A stretch of DNA of 64,000 nt from an uncultured Lachnospiraceae bacterium (GCA_910579495.1 CAJTVD010000008.1:7741-71740), one strand, 5' to 3'; counted from the first letter of the stretch, positions 21,229 to 32,274 are shown. Notes: generated by a model from the letters alone, not told the origin. A program made the numbers and translations.

Positions 21229-21482
21229 TGCCAGGAGGGCGGGAGCGGAACTGGAAAACCTCAGCGGACGCCCGTGAAGCACCCAGAGAAGATACTGGAC
21301 TCTGTAATGAGGGGGTCAGGATCTTCTCTGCCGTACCAAGGTGCCAGGAGGGCGGGAGCGGAACTGGAAAACCTCAGCGGACGCCCGTGAAGCACCCAGA
21401 GGAGATACTGAGCCCTGTAATGAGGGGGTCAGGATCTTCTCTGCCGTACCAAGGTGCTGGGAGGGCGGGAGCGGAACTGGAA
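21229..21482. repeat. 113-bp tandem repeat, about 2.25 copies
   Basis: Units begin TGC(C/T)(A/G)GGAGGGCGGGAGCGGAACTGGAA at 21229, 21342, 21455. Confidence 0.92.
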
Positions 21483-21494
21483 TAGGAGTAAAAA

Positions 21495-22043
21495 ATGAGA
21501 ATTGGAATGGGATACGATGTACACAGGTTGGCAGAGGGAAGGGCGCTTATCATGGGCGGGGTGGAGATCCCCTATGAGAAGGGGCTCCTGGGGCATTCGG
21601 ATGCGGATGTGCTCCTTCATGCGATCATGGACGCTCTTTTAGGGGCGGCGGCATTGGGGGATATTGGCAGGCATTTTCCGGACACGGATCCTGCCTACAA
21701 GGGGATTTCTTCCCTGAAACTGTTAAAGCATGTGGGGGAACTGCTGGAAGAAAATTTCTTCCTGATTGAAAATATTGACGCTACGATCATCGCCCAGGCA
21801 CCGAAAATGCGCCCTCATATAGATGCCATGCGGAAAAACATTGGGGATGCCCTTGGGATCGATATCGCCCAGGTGAATGTAAAGGCAACTACCGAGGAGG
21901 GGCTGGGATTTACAGGGACGGGGGAAGGGATATCCGCCCAGGCAGTGTGCCTTTTGACGGCCCCGGTAAATCTGGGAAGCGAGGACGTGACAGGACGCGG
22001 GTGCGGAAAGTGCGAGGGGTGCCCTGTGAAAGGGCAGCTGTAA
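21495..22043 (+). CDS. ispF: 2-C-methyl-D-erythritol 2,4-cyclodiphosphate synthase
   Basis: [40 protein letters not shown]. Confidence 0.97.
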   Translation: MRIGMGYDVHRLAEGRALIMGGVEIPYEKGLLGHSDADVLLHAIMDALLGAAALGDIGRHFPDTDPAYKGISSLKLLKHVGELLEENFFLIENIDATIIAQAPKMRPHIDAMRKNIGDALGIDIAQVNVKATTEEGLGFTGTGEGISAQAVCLLTAPVNLGSEDVTGRGCGKCEGCPVKGQL

Positions 22044-22142
22044 GGAGAGGGCTGGCTTGTGGAGGGAAGTTATAACTTTGATCCGCTTGTTTCTAGATTT
22101 CAGATCCATTAAGGATCTAAGTGTAAAACCACATCATATTGC

Positions 22143-22196
22143 CCCAAAAAGTGCAAAGCCTTGAAAGATGAAATCAAGGCTCTGCACTTTTTTTGG
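22143..22196. terminator. Long hairpin downstream of ispF
   Basis: CCAAAAAGTGCA-AAGCCTTGA...TCAAGGC-TC-TGCACTTTTTTTGG. Confidence 0.6.
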
Positions 22197-22347
22197 CAAT
22201 ACTGTGAAAATGCTGGCGTCCAGATCTGCAGGTGCTGGCAGCATGGTGGAAAACACTGCACGGGAATAAAAGGGTTGACAGAAGTATGTATTTTGAACAT
22301 GATTTTTCAATAGTAGGCCATAGAGTTAGAGATTCAGGAGGGAGATT

Positions 22348-22959
22348 ATGGAAGGTCAGAAAGTTTATGGGTACATGAGGGTGTCAACAAAAGAGCAAAA
22401 GGAGGATAGGCAGAGAATCGCGCTGGTTGAGGCAGGTGTGCCCAAAGAACAGATCTATATGGATAAGCAATCTGGTAAGAATTTTGAGCGTCCGGAATAT
22501 AAACGCCTATTGCGGAAGCTGGACGCTGACTCCATTTTGTTTGTGATGTCTATTGACAGGCTGGGCAGAAATTATGCAGACCTTAATGAGCAATGGCGTA
22601 TCATTACCAGGGAAAAGGGAGCGGATATTGTAGTGATCGACATGCCTCTTTTGGATACCCGGAGAGAGAAAAATTTATTAGGGACGCTTATTAGTGACCT
22701 TGTTCTTTCCCTATTAAGCTATGTTGCGGAAAATGAACGCATCAACATTAAACAAAGACAGGCAGAAGGAATTATTGCGGCAAAGGCGAGAGGAGTGAGA
22801 TTTGGAAGGCCACAATTGCCGCTTCCCGAAAATTTCCATGAGATACATAAAATGTGGAGAGAAAAGAAATTGACGCTAAAACAGGCGGCAAAAGCCTGCG
22901 ATCTGGCGGAAAGCACGTTTTTTGACAAAGCGAAGAGATTAGAAAAACATAATACTTAA
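22348..22959 (+). CDS. Small serine recombinase (resolvase/invertase family)
   Basis: YGYMRVSTKEQ, DKQSGKNFERP, SIDRLGRN, RGVRFGRP, C-terminal HTH. Confidence 0.92.
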   Translation: MEGQKVYGYMRVSTKEQKEDRQRIALVEAGVPKEQIYMDKQSGKNFERPEYKRLLRKLDADSILFVMSIDRLGRNYADLNEQWRIITREKGADIVVIDMPLLDTRREKNLLGTLISDLVLSLLSYVAENERINIKQRQAEGIIAAKARGVRFGRPQLPLPENFHEIHKMWREKKLTLKQAAKACDLAESTFFDKAKRLEKHNT

Positions 22960-23304
22960 GTATTAATGGTTAAATCTAATGCCAGATCAATGAGACTGGT
23001 CCTTGATGAAAAAGGTGCCTGAATACCATTGCAAAACATTTTTCTATATGCTATGATGAAACTATCAAATTAAGCATATGAAAAGAAATACCATCTGCAT
23101 GTTCTTTCCGTCATATACAGGAAGCCGTTTCCTGTCTGATAAGATTCCGTGCTTGATTTCCATATAAAATGTTACCACATGACAAAGCGCAATTATATGA
23201 AAAAGCAGGAGATCTTACAGGCAGGCTGGATGCCAGGTTTCCATGGCATTTGCCGGGATCCCTCCATTGGCCTTGTAAAGCCATCTCCTGCAGAAGGAGG
23301 ATAG

Positions 23305-24195
23305 ATGGGAGAGGCCAAAGAGAAGAAGGATACAGTAGAAAAGGAGTTTCTGGCATTTCCGGATATCGCATCAGATACCATCAATGCCCTGCTGTACCAG
23401 GGGGAGGCAGTGACGGATGCAGCAAACCTGTGGACGGGGGCTACGGAAACCATTTACCAAGGCAGGGAAAAGCTCCGGAGCCAATACGAGGATCTATGTA
23501 AATATGAACTGGCGGATGGCCGGGTGAATGTGATGTACCTGATCGCAAACCAGAGCCAGACAGATGGGAAAATGCTATTGCGTAAAGCCGGCTATACGGG
23601 AGGGGTCTACAGGGAGCAGTATGAAGGAAAGATGCAGGAAATCTTCCCGGTTATTGAGCTGGTGCTTTATTGGGGGAGCCCCCGGTGGAGGGGCTGCCGT
23701 GACAGCCGCCAGTTATTCCAAAAACGGAAGCTTTCAGACAAAGCATGGAAATACATTGACAGCTTCAGGCTCCATGTATTTGAAATGCGCCACCTGCCAG
23801 GGGAGGTCAGGCACTTGTTCCAGAGCGATATGCGCATCGTGGCGGATTACCTTGCGGAGGGTGATAGTTACCGGTCAGACAGGAAGATCGTGCATAAAGC
23901 CGCCCTGCTGAAAATGCTGGGGGCACTTTCCGGGGAAGGAAAAGCTGAAGAAGCAGAAGCGTGGCTGGAGGGCCGCGGGATCAGGGAGGAGGATGAGATT
24001 ACTGTGTGTGAATTATTTGACCAGTATGTAAGGCAGGGAAGGGAAGAAGGAAGGTATGAGGGCGATGCCCGGAGGCTGGTCCTGGATATCGAAAAAATAA
24101 TGAAGAACATGCACCTTTCGCTGGAAAAAGCCTGTGAAGTTTTTGAGATCCCAGTGGGGAAATACGAGGAAGCCAAAAACACTTTAGGCTCTTAG
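23305..24195 (+). CDS. Rpn / PD-(D/E)XK transposase-like family protein
   Basis: KDTVEKEFLAFPDIASD, QYEDLCK, PVIELVLYWG, FQSDMRIVADYL, VCELFD...GREEG tail. Confidence 0.65.
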   Translation: MGEAKEKKDTVEKEFLAFPDIASDTINALLYQGEAVTDAANLWTGATETIYQGREKLRSQYEDLCKYELADGRVNVMYLIANQSQTDGKMLLRKAGYTGGVYREQYEGKMQEIFPVIELVLYWGSPRWRGCRDSRQLFQKRKLSDKAWKYIDSFRLHVFEMRHLPGEVRHLFQSDMRIVADYLAEGDSYRSDRKIVHKAALLKMLGALSGEGKAEEAEAWLEGRGIREEDEITVCELFDQYVRQGREEGRYEGDARRLVLDIEKIMKNMHLSLEKACEVFEIPVGKYEEAKNTLGS

Positions 24196-24329
24196 GTACA
24201 GGGCTGCCCAAGGCAGGATAGCCAGGTATTGGCATAATTATTGGTTTCCGGTTGACAAATCCTTCATTTTTGCATATGCTGATACTATAGCAATAAAACA
24301 TCTGTCCTGCCATACCCAGGGCGCAATAT

Positions 24330-24577
24330 GAAAATGCTATGAACGGAAAGAGTATATTACGGAGTTTTTACACAGAGAGGGATTGCCGTCGGCTGGAAGC
24401 AGTCCTGTAAAAAGGTAATAGAAGTGCCTCCGGGAGCAGGTCCTGTGAAAGAAGATGCCATTGGCCAAGTAGCAGGGCACGTATCCACACGTTACGTGCA
24501 ATAAGTGGAGGCATAGCCTTTATTAGAGTGGGACCGCGGATAACTTCGTCTCTAAAGGAGAGAGGTTATCCTTTTTT
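24330..24577 (+). ncRNA. Cys T-box riboswitch leader
   Basis: AGAGAG and GGCTGGAA stem-I motifs, specifier TGC (24425-24427), T-box AGAGTGGGACCGCG (24525-24538), terminator GGATAAC...GTTATCC-T tract; upstream of cysE-cysS. Confidence 0.92.
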
Positions 24578-24676
24578 ATGCACACGTTGGCGCAGCATAT
24601 GCCCGGTGCAGGGTGCCCTGCCGGACCGCGCATGGGCAGGGAAATATGGCGGACGCAGGTGAAAGGGAGCGATCAA

Positions 24677-25372
24677 GTGGGATTGATTAAGAGAATAAAA
24701 GAAGAAATAGCGATTATCAGGCAGAGGGACCCGGCGATCCACTCATCCATGGAGGTTTTTCTTTATCCCAGCTTTAAAGTGATGCTGCATTACCGCATTG
24801 CCCACAGGCTGTATGAGAAGAAGCATTATTTTCTGGCAAGGTGGGTATCCCAGCGGGGGGTGCGGAAAACAGGGATTGAGATCCATCCTGGGGCACAAAT
24901 TGGCAAAGGCTTCTTTATCGATCATGGAAATGGTGTTATAATTGGGGAGACTACTGTCATAGGGGATAATGTGACCTTATACCAGGGGGTGACCCTTGGG
25001 GGGACAGGGAAAGAGCAGGGAAAGCGCCATCCCACCGTGGGCAACAACGTTATGATCAGTGCCGGGGCCAAGGTGTTAGGTTCCTTTAAAATTGGGGATA
25101 ATTCTAAGATAGGGGCGGGAAGCGTCGTGCTGGAAGAGGTGCCGCCCAATTCCACAGTGGTGGGTGTGCCGGGGAGGGTGGTAAAGCGGGACAATCGATC
25201 CCTTCCCCAGGAGGAGCTTGACCAGGTAAACCTGCCCGACCCTATAAAGGAAGAGATCAGTTCCCTGCACGGCGCCAACTTAGAGCTGACCAACCGCTTG
25301 CTTGATTTAGAGCAGGAAGTGCGAAAAATAAAACGCGGGGGAAACCCAAAGCCCCGCAGAAATGAGGAATGA
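24677..25372 (+). CDS. cysE: Serine O-acetyltransferase
   Basis: RDPA, TGIEIHPGA, FIDHG, GKRHPT hexapeptide repeats; GTG start 24677. Confidence 0.96.
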   Translation: MGLIKRIKEEIAIIRQRDPAIHSSMEVFLYPSFKVMLHYRIAHRLYEKKHYFLARWVSQRGVRKTGIEIHPGAQIGKGFFIDHGNGVIIGETTVIGDNVTLYQGVTLGGTGKEQGKRHPTVGNNVMISAGAKVLGSFKIGDNSKIGAGSVVLEEVPPNSTVVGVPGRVVKRDNRSLPQEELDQVNLPDPIKEEISSLHGANLELTNRLLDLEQEVRKIKRGGNPKPRRNEE

Positions 25373-26781
25373 TGAAAATTTACAACACACTGTCCAGGAA
25401 AAAAGAAGAACTTGTCCCTTTAGAGGAAGGAAAGATCAAAATGTATGTGTGCGGCCCTACGGTATACGATTTTATCCATATAGGCAACGCACGGCCCATG
25501 ATTGTGTTTGACACGGTAAGGCGTTATATGGAGCGCAAAGGATATGAAGTGAACTTTGTATCCAATTTTACAGATGTTGATGACAAGATCATCAAAAAGG
25601 CCCTGGAGGAAGGGGTGGACGCTTCTGTGATCTCCCAGCGTTATATTGAGGAATGCAAAAAGGATATGGCGGCCCTGAATGTAAAGCCGGCCACCACCCA
25701 TCCCAAGGCCACGGAAGAGATTGGCGGCATGCTGGATATGATCGGGGACCTGATGGAGAAGGGATATGCCTATGCGGCGGCGGACGGTACTGTTTACTAT
25801 AGGACCCGGCGGTTCCAGGAATATGGGAAGCTTTCCCACAAAAATCTCGATGACCTCCAGGGGGGGAACCGTTCCCTGCTGGTAACAGGCCAGGACCAGA
25901 AGGAGGATGCCCTGGACTTTGTGCTCTGGAAGCCCAAAAAGGAAGGGGAGCCTTACTGGGAATCCCCCTGGTGCCAGGGACGCCCGGGGTGGCATATTGA
26001 GTGTTCGGTGATGAGCAGGAAATATCTGGGGGAGGAAATTGACATTCATGCAGGGGGGGAGGACCTGGTCTTCCCACACCATGAAAATGAGATCGCCCAG
26101 TCAGAGGCGGCAAACGGGAAGCCCTTTGCCAAATACTGGATGCACAACGCCTTTTTAAATATCAACAACAGGAAGATGTCCAAATCCCAGGGGAATTTCT
26201 TTACGGTAAGGGATATTGGGGAAAAATATGATCTGCAGGTACTGCGGTTTTTCATGCTTTCCGCCCATTACCGGAGCCCTTTGAATTTCAGCGCAGAGCT
26301 GATGGAAGCGGCGGCAAACGGCTATGGGAGGATCGTCACCAGTGTGGGCAACCTGGATTACCTGCTGGAAAACGCCGGGGACCTTCCTATGGACGAAAGG
26401 GAGAAATGCCTTGTACAGGAGGCAGAAGGCTTTGGGGATAAATTTGACCAGGCCATGGAGGATGATTTTAACACAGCGGATGCCATTGCCGCCATTTTTG
26501 AGCTGGTGAAGTTTGCCAATTCCCATACCGATGCAAACAGCAGCAGGGAGTTTTTGCAGAAGATGAAGGGAGAGATAATGGAGCTTTGCGGAGTGTGCGG
26601 GCTGATCGTGGAGAAGCAGCAGGAGATGCCCCAGGGGGACATTGAGGCACTGATCGCAGAACGCCAGGCGGCCCGGAAGGCAAAGAATTTTCAGCGGGCG
26701 GACGAGATCAGGGAGGAACTGCTTGGCAGAGGGATCATCCTGGAGGATACCCGCGAAGGAGTGAAATGGAAGAGAGCATAA
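25369..26781 (+). CDS. cysS: Cysteine--tRNA ligase
   Basis: [24 protein letters not shown]. Confidence 0.98.
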   Translation: MMKIYNTLSRKKEELVPLEEGKIKMYVCGPTVYDFIHIGNARPMIVFDTVRRYMERKGYEVNFVSNFTDVDDKIIKKALEEGVDASVISQRYIEECKKDMAALNVKPATTHPKATEEIGGMLDMIGDLMEKGYAYAAADGTVYYRTRRFQEYGKLSHKNLDDLQGGNRSLLVTGQDQKEDALDFVLWKPKKEGEPYWESPWCQGRPGWHIECSVMSRKYLGEEIDIHAGGEDLVFPHHENEIAQSEAANGKPFAKYWMHNAFLNINNRKMSKSQGNFFTVRDIGEKYDLQVLRFFMLSAHYRSPLNFSAELMEAAANGYGRIVTSVGNLDYLLENAGDLPMDEREKCLVQEAEGFGDKFDQAMEDDFNTADAIAAIFELVKFANSHTDANSSREFLQKMKGEIMELCGVCGLIVEKQQEMPQGDIEALIAERQAARKAKNFQRADEIREELLGRGIILEDTREGVKWKRA

Positions 26782-27209
26782 GCCTGTTATCACAGATCAA
26801 AATGAGCTTTGGCTTGAAGGAAGTAGATATCCGCACCTATTCCCCATTGACCCTCGCTTATATCGGGGACGGGATCTACGAGCTGGTAGTCCGGACGATT
26901 GTAGTGCAGATGGGTAACGCGCCGGTAAATAAGCTGAACAAAAAGACTATCCAGTATGTGAAAGCCCCTGCCCAGGCACAGATTGCCCAGGGGCTTTTGG
27001 AAGAATTTACCCCAGAAGAGCTGGCGGTGTATAAAAGAGGGAAAAATGCAAAGCCTTATTCTGTGGCCAAAAACGCCACACTGGGAGAGTACAAAAGCGC
27101 CACAGGGCTGGAGGCGCTGATGGGATACCTATACCTTACCGACCAGATGGAGCGGGCGCTGGCGCTGATGAAAATCGGTTTACATAAGATAGAAGAGAAA
27201 GAAGCATAA
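26766..27209 (+). CDS. mrnC: Mini-ribonuclease III
   Basis: LAYIGDGIYEL, ATGLEALMGYLY; canonical position after cysS. Confidence 0.93.
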   Translation: MEESISLLSQIKMSFGLKEVDIRTYSPLTLAYIGDGIYELVVRTIVVQMGNAPVNKLNKKTIQYVKAPAQAQIAQGLLEEFTPEELAVYKRGKNAKPYSVAKNATLGEYKSATGLEALMGYLYLTDQMERALALMKIGLHKIEEKEA

Positions 27210-27272
27210 GACGGGAGCCGCGCACAGGCGGCGGGTGAAAGCGGGCAGGGCCGTTCTTACAGGAGAGGGAAA

Positions 27273-28034
27273 ATGGAAAAAGAAAAGGAAACCAGGGAGC
27301 CAAATGAGTTTATAATAGAAGGAAGGAACCCGGTGATCGAAGCTTTCCGTTCAGGGAAAGCCATTGACAGGGTCTATATACAGGATGGGTGCCAGGACGG
27401 CCCCATACAGACCATTAAGAGGGAAGCCAGGAAGAAGGGTACCCCGATCAAGTATGTGGCAAGGGAACGCCTTGGCCAGATATCGGAGACGGGCAGGCAC
27501 CAGGGGGTGATCGCCTGTGCGGCGGCTTATGAATATGCAGAAGTGGAGGACATGCTCCGCCTGGCGGAAGAAAAGGGGGAACCGCCTTTTCTCTTCCTGC
27601 TGGACAACATTGAAGACCCCCATAATCTGGGAGCGATCATAAGGACTGCCAACCTGGCGGGGGCCCATGGCGTAATCATTCCCAAAAACCGGGCGGTGGG
27701 GCTGACGGCGGCGGTGGCGAGAGCTTCCGCAGGGGCACTGAATTATACGCCGGTGGCCCGGGTGACCAACCTGGCCGCCGCCATCACGGAGCTGAAAAAG
27801 AAAGGGCTTTGGTTTGTATGCGCCCATATGGATGGTGAGAGTATGTACAGCCTGAATTTAAAAGGCCCTATAGGCATGGTAATCGGCAGCGAAGGAGAAG
27901 GGGTGGGACGGCTGGTAATGGAAAAGTGCGATATGACAGCGTCGATCCCCATGAAGGGGAACATTGATTCCCTGAACGCCTCTGTAGCGGCCGGCGTGCT
28001 TGCCTATGAGATCCTGCGGCAGAGGCTTGGGTAA
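27273..28034 (+). CDS. rlmB: 23S rRNA Gm2251 methyltransferase
   Basis: HQGVIA, DPHNLGAIIRTA, GSEGEG, SLNASVA. Confidence 0.93.
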   Translation: MEKEKETREPNEFIIEGRNPVIEAFRSGKAIDRVYIQDGCQDGPIQTIKREARKKGTPIKYVARERLGQISETGRHQGVIACAAAYEYAEVEDMLRLAEEKGEPPFLFLLDNIEDPHNLGAIIRTANLAGAHGVIIPKNRAVGLTAAVARASAGALNYTPVARVTNLAAAITELKKKGLWFVCAHMDGESMYSLNLKGPIGMVIGSEGEGVGRLVMEKCDMTASIPMKGNIDSLNASVAAGVLAYEILRQRLG

Positions 28035-28054
28035 TATCAGGTGAGAGTAAGGAC

Positions 28055-29635
28055 ATGGGAAAAATAAACCGCTTTTTACTAACGGCCATTGCCATGGTGG
28101 CAATCATGATTGCTGCCGTGGGGGTTGACAGGGGATTAAAATATTACGAAGCCCGCAGGTGGGAAAAGGAGCGGGTGGCAAGGTATGAACAGGCATATGC
28201 GGAAGCTGCCGATATCAGGATGACTATCAAGGAGCTGTCCAGGGACAAGGATGCCATTGAAGCTTTTATTGAGGAAAACAGGGCATATTTTGATGAGGAT
28301 GAAGAGCAGTTCCTGTTATGGGAATCTGGTATGGGGGAGAGCCTGGGGGAACCCGGGTTTGACGGTGCCCAGGAAAGTAGCCTCACACAGGAGGGCAATG
28401 GGGATATTCCCGGGACAATTTCCGGGGAAAGTATAGATATTCCGCAGCCAGGGACGGAAGGGGTATCTGAAAACCAGATAACAGAAGGGCCTTATGGGGA
28501 AGGGGATATTTCAGGCGGCCAGGCGCCAGGGGAACCGGGCGATTATGGCAGCCAGGGGCAGGACATTTCCGGTAACTGGATAATGGATAACTCTGGCAAC
28601 GGGATATGGGATGTTTCCGGCAATGGCGCACCGGAGGTATCCGGCAACGGGATATGGGGCATTTCCGGCAATGGCACACCAGAGGTATCCGGCAACGGGA
28701 TATGGGGCATTTCCGGCAATGGCGCACCAGGAGTATCCGGCAACGGGATATGGGATATTACCGGCAGCCAGGCCACAGATATCTCCGGCAATAAGGCAGG
28801 CGGCATTTCCGGCAACAGTGCCATGTACCTGCCTGCCGGACAGGGGGGAAGTACCATATCCGGTAATACGCTGCTGGAAAAGAGGAAGGTCCGGGGGTCT
28901 TATATGGAAACCCGGATGCAGAACAAGTCGGATTTAAAGGTCATTGCCCATAAGGAGTTTGACTTCTCCGGCATGTCCATTGCCTGCCTTGGGGACAGCA
29001 TTACCCAGGCAGCGAACCTGGATGATATGGAAAACTACCAGCAATATTCTTATCCCACCAGGCTGAAAGAGCTGCTGGGGGCGAAAAACGTGACAAACCT
29101 GGGAATCGGCGGCTCTTCTATTGGAAGATATTGGGAAAACGCCTTTGTGGACAGGTTCCGGGAGATACCGCAGGATACAGACCTGATCATTGTTATGGGA
29201 GGGACCAACGACGGTTTCTGCCTGGACCAGGAGGATTTTGGCACAATGGAAGAACGTAAACCAAGAACTTTTCTTGGGGATCTGGACGAGCTGATGCGTG
29301 GGCTGAAAGAGTCTTACCCGGAGGCAGACATTATATTTGTGACGCCCCTGCCCAATGTTCTCCATGATATGCTCCGGAAGGAACGGAGCGAACTTTTGTC
29401 CCAGACAGTGATTGCTGGCGCAATCCGCAAGCTGGGGGCGGAACACGGGATTCCGGTAATTGACCTTTATAATTCCAATGTGCTGGATACCCATGACGCG
29501 GCGGTGATCTATAACTATATGCCTGACGGGGTACACTGTAATGAGGACGGCTACGTCCTGTTGGCGGAGCGGATTGCCGCGGAGCTGATACGGTTTTATG
29601 AAAACAGGGAGGGTTTTGATGGGAAATCAATATGA
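28055..29635 (+). CDS. Membrane-anchored SGNH/GDSL hydrolase with SGN-repeat linker
   Basis: N-terminal TM; GDSIT, GIGG, GGTND, DGVH blocks. Confidence 0.88.
   Translation: MGKINRFLLTAIAMVAIMIAAVGVDRGLKYYEARRWEKERVARYEQAYAEAADIRMTIKELSRDKDAIEAFIEENRAYFDEDEEQFLLWESGMGESLGEPGFDGAQESSLTQEGNGDIPGTISGESIDIPQPGTEGVSENQITEGPYGEGDISGGQAPGEPGDYGSQGQDISGNWIMDNSGNGIWDVSGNGAPEVSGNGIWGISGNGTPEVSGNGIWGISGNGAPGVSGNGIWDITGSQATDISGNKAGGISGNSAMYLPAGQGGSTISGNTLLEKRKVRGSYMETRMQNKSDLKVIAHKEFDFSGMSIACLGDSITQAANLDDMENYQQYSYPTRLKELLGAKNVTNLGIGGSSIGRYWENAFVDRFREIPQDTDLIIVMGGTNDGFCLDQEDFGTMEERKPRTFLGDLDELMRGLKESYPEADIIFVTPLPNVLHDMLRKERSELLSQTVIAGAIRKLGAEHGIPVIDLYNSNVLDTHDAAVIYNYMPDGVHCNEDGYVLLAERIAAELIRFYENREGFDGKSI
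28616..28759 (+). repeat. 48-bp coding tandem repeat (3 copies)
   Basis: SGNG(A/T)P(E/G)VSGNGIW(G/D)I units at 28616, 28664, 28712. Confidence 0.9.
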
Positions 29636-31022
29636 TGTGATTATTATCGGTGCGGGGCCGGGAGGAATCTTCTGTGCCTATGAGTTATTGGATAAAAAGA
29701 AGGATTTAAAGGTATTGCTTGTTGAAAAGGGGCGTTCTATAGAAAAGAGACAGTGTCCTAAACGTACCACGAAACAATGTGTGGGCTGTAAGCCCTGCTC
29801 CATCACCACAGGGTTTGCAGGGGCGGGGGCGTTTTCTGACGGGAAGCTGTCCCTTTCCCCGGACGTGGGGGGAAACCTTCCTGCGATCCTGGGCTATGAG
29901 GCCACAGAGAAGCTGATTAGCGAGTCAGATAGCATTTATCTGAAATTCGGCGCGGATACCAACGTTTACGGGATAGATAAGCAGGCGGAAATCCGGGAGA
30001 TCAGGAAGAAAGCCATCAACGCCAATTTAAAGCTGGTGGAATGCCCCATCCGCCATCTGGGGACCGAGGAAGGCTATAAGATTTATGAAAAGCTCCAGCA
30101 TCACCTTACAGAGCAGGGAGCAGAGCTTAAATTCAACACCATGGTGGAAGAGATCCTGGTGGAAGGCCACCGGGCGGTGGGCATCCGCACGGACAAGGGA
30201 GAGGTTTATTACGCCGGGGAGATTGTGTCCGCTGTTGGGCGTGAGGGGGCCGACTGGTTCAAAAATAAATGTGAGGAAATCGGCATTGAGACTACCCCAG
30301 GCACAGTGGACATTGGTGTCCGGGTGGAAGTGCGGGATGAAGTGATGCAGTTCCTGAACGAAAATTTGTATGAAGCCAAGCTGATTTACCATACCCCTAC
30401 CTTTGACGACAAGGTGCGGACTTTCTGTACAAACCCTTCCGGGGAGGTTGCCACGGAATACTATGAGGGCGGCCTGGCGGTGGTGAACGGCCACGCTTAC
30501 AAATCCAGGGAATACAAGACCAACAATACCAATTTTGCAATCCTGGTAAGCAAAAATTTTACCAAGCCTTTTAAAACCCCAATAGAGTACGGGAAACATA
30601 TCGCCCAGCTTTCCAATATGCTCTGTGGGGGCAGGATCATGGTACAGACTTTCGGTGACCTGCGCAGGGGAAGAAGGACCACGGAGGAACGGCTGTGCCG
30701 GAATAACCTGCTTCCCACCTTAAAGGATGCAGTGCCCGGGGATCTTTCCCTGGTATTCCCCCACAGGATTATGGTGGATATAGAGGAGATGCTCCTGGCC
30801 CTGGATAAGATCACCCCGGGGATTGCGGCGGAGGAGACATTACTGTACGGTGTGGAGGTGAAATTCTATTCCAACCGGGTGATTGTAAACAAGGATTTTG
30901 AGACCAGCATCAAAGGGCTCCGGGCCATCGGTGACGGGGCGGGAGTGACCAGAGGGCTGCAGCAGGCCTCCGCAAACGGTATCAGCGTGGCAAGAAGCAT
31001 CCTGGATTCTAAGAGGGCATGA
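29619..31022 (+). CDS. NAD(P)/FAD-dependent oxidoreductase
   Basis: IIGAGPGG, GAGAFSDGK, IGDGAG; Cys cluster near N-terminus. Confidence 0.88.
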   Translation: MGNQYDVIIIGAGPGGIFCAYELLDKKKDLKVLLVEKGRSIEKRQCPKRTTKQCVGCKPCSITTGFAGAGAFSDGKLSLSPDVGGNLPAILGYEATEKLISESDSIYLKFGADTNVYGIDKQAEIREIRKKAINANLKLVECPIRHLGTEEGYKIYEKLQHHLTEQGAELKFNTMVEEILVEGHRAVGIRTDKGEVYYAGEIVSAVGREGADWFKNKCEEIGIETTPGTVDIGVRVEVRDEVMQFLNENLYEAKLIYHTPTFDDKVRTFCTNPSGEVATEYYEGGLAVVNGHAYKSREYKTNNTNFAILVSKNFTKPFKTPIEYGKHIAQLSNMLCGGRIMVQTFGDLRRGRRTTEERLCRNNLLPTLKDAVPGDLSLVFPHRIMVDIEEMLLALDKITPGIAAEETLLYGVEVKFYSNRVIVNKDFETSIKGLRAIGDGAGVTRGLQQASANGISVARSILDSKRA

Positions 31023-32155
31023 AGGCCATGGGCTGCAAGGGAAAGGGCGGCCCGGGAGGCAAAAACCTGGGCGCTGGAGAAAGCAGGAGGCGAAAACGCT
31101 TAAAGGGCGCAGGAAGATTGGCAGCAATGCTGTTGTTGGGGTTGCTGCTTTTGGGCCTTACCGGCTGTGGGAAAAGCCAGGCAGGCATCCGGCTGGTGCT
31201 TACCACCGGGTTTAAAAAAAATGAGGTTTTCCGCATTGAATCCATGTCCTGTACCCTGCCGGAGGTGATGGTTTACCTGGTCAACACCAAAGAACAGTAT
31301 GAGAGCGTTTACGGAGAAAAAATATGGGAGACCAGTTTAAACGGCGTGACCTTGGAGGAAAGCATCAAGGATACGGTGCTTGCCCAGCTTGCCCAGGTAA
31401 AGACCATGAACCTGCTGGCAGGGCAATATGATGTGGCCCTGAATGAAGAAGAGCGGCAGAAGGTTAAAGAAGCCGCCGCCGCCTACTTTGGCTCCCTGAA
31501 CCAGGCAGAGCGGGAAGCCATGCAGGCCACGGAGGATATCATTGAAAACCTTTATACGGAGTTTGCCCTGGCAAATAAAGTGTACGAGTATATTATCAAG
31601 GATATCAACCCGGAAATCAGCGATGATGAGGCCAGGACCATCACTGTGCGTTACATTTTTATCAGAACCTGCTCTGTGGACAGTGCAGGAGTGAAAACAC
31701 AATACAGCCCGGAAGAAAAGGCCAAAGCGCGGGCGCTGGCAGAGGAAATCCTGGGCCTGGCAAGGGAAGAAGGGAGCGACTTTGAAGAGCTGGTGTTAAC
31801 CTACAGCGAAGGGGAAAAGAATACCTATTCCTTCGGAAAAGGGGAGACGGAAAAGATTTTTGAGGATGCCGCCTTTAACCTGGGGACGGACGAGGTCAGC
31901 GGCCTTATAGAGACAGAGAATGGCTATTATATTATCAAATGTATCAGCACGTTTAACCGGGAGGAGACCGATGCCAACAAAGTGAAGATTGTGGAAAAGC
32001 GCAGAAGAGAAGTGTTTGGCCAGGAATACGACGTGTTTGTGGCATCCCTCACAAGGACCTTGAATGAAGAACTCTGGGCAAAGGTTTCCTTTGTGGAGGA
32101 CGATGAGATAGAAACCAAAGATTTTTTTGATATTTACAATCAATATTTCAGTTAA
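31019..32155 (+). CDS. PrsA/SurA-like peptidyl-prolyl isomerase lipoprotein
   Basis: Lipobox LTGC; parvulin-like FEDAAFNL...VSGLIETENGYYIIK. True start may be downstream. Confidence 0.8.
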   Translation: MKAMGCKGKGGPGGKNLGAGESRRRKRLKGAGRLAAMLLLGLLLLGLTGCGKSQAGIRLVLTTGFKKNEVFRIESMSCTLPEVMVYLVNTKEQYESVYGEKIWETSLNGVTLEESIKDTVLAQLAQVKTMNLLAGQYDVALNEEERQKVKEAAAAYFGSLNQAEREAMQATEDIIENLYTEFALANKVYEYIIKDINPEISDDEARTITVRYIFIRTCSVDSAGVKTQYSPEEKAKARALAEEILGLAREEGSDFEELVLTYSEGEKNTYSFGKGETEKIFEDAAFNLGTDEVSGLIETENGYYIIKCISTFNREETDANKVKIVEKRRREVFGQEYDVFVASLTRTLNEELWAKVSFVEDDEIETKDFFDIYNQYFS

Positions 32156-32274
32156 GGCCCGGGAGGCTTTGTAGTTTTGAAAGGCCATTTATATTCTTTC
32201 CAGTACTATAAAAGAAGTTAATAAAAATTTTAGAATTGGGGAAACCTTGAAAATATAGGGTTTTCCAGCAATTA

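Noticed and set aside
21229..21482. Possible CRISPR array
   Set aside because: The intervening segments are near-identical, so it is a tandem repeat; no cas genes. ORFs 21228..21485 and 21341..21577 are likely by-products.
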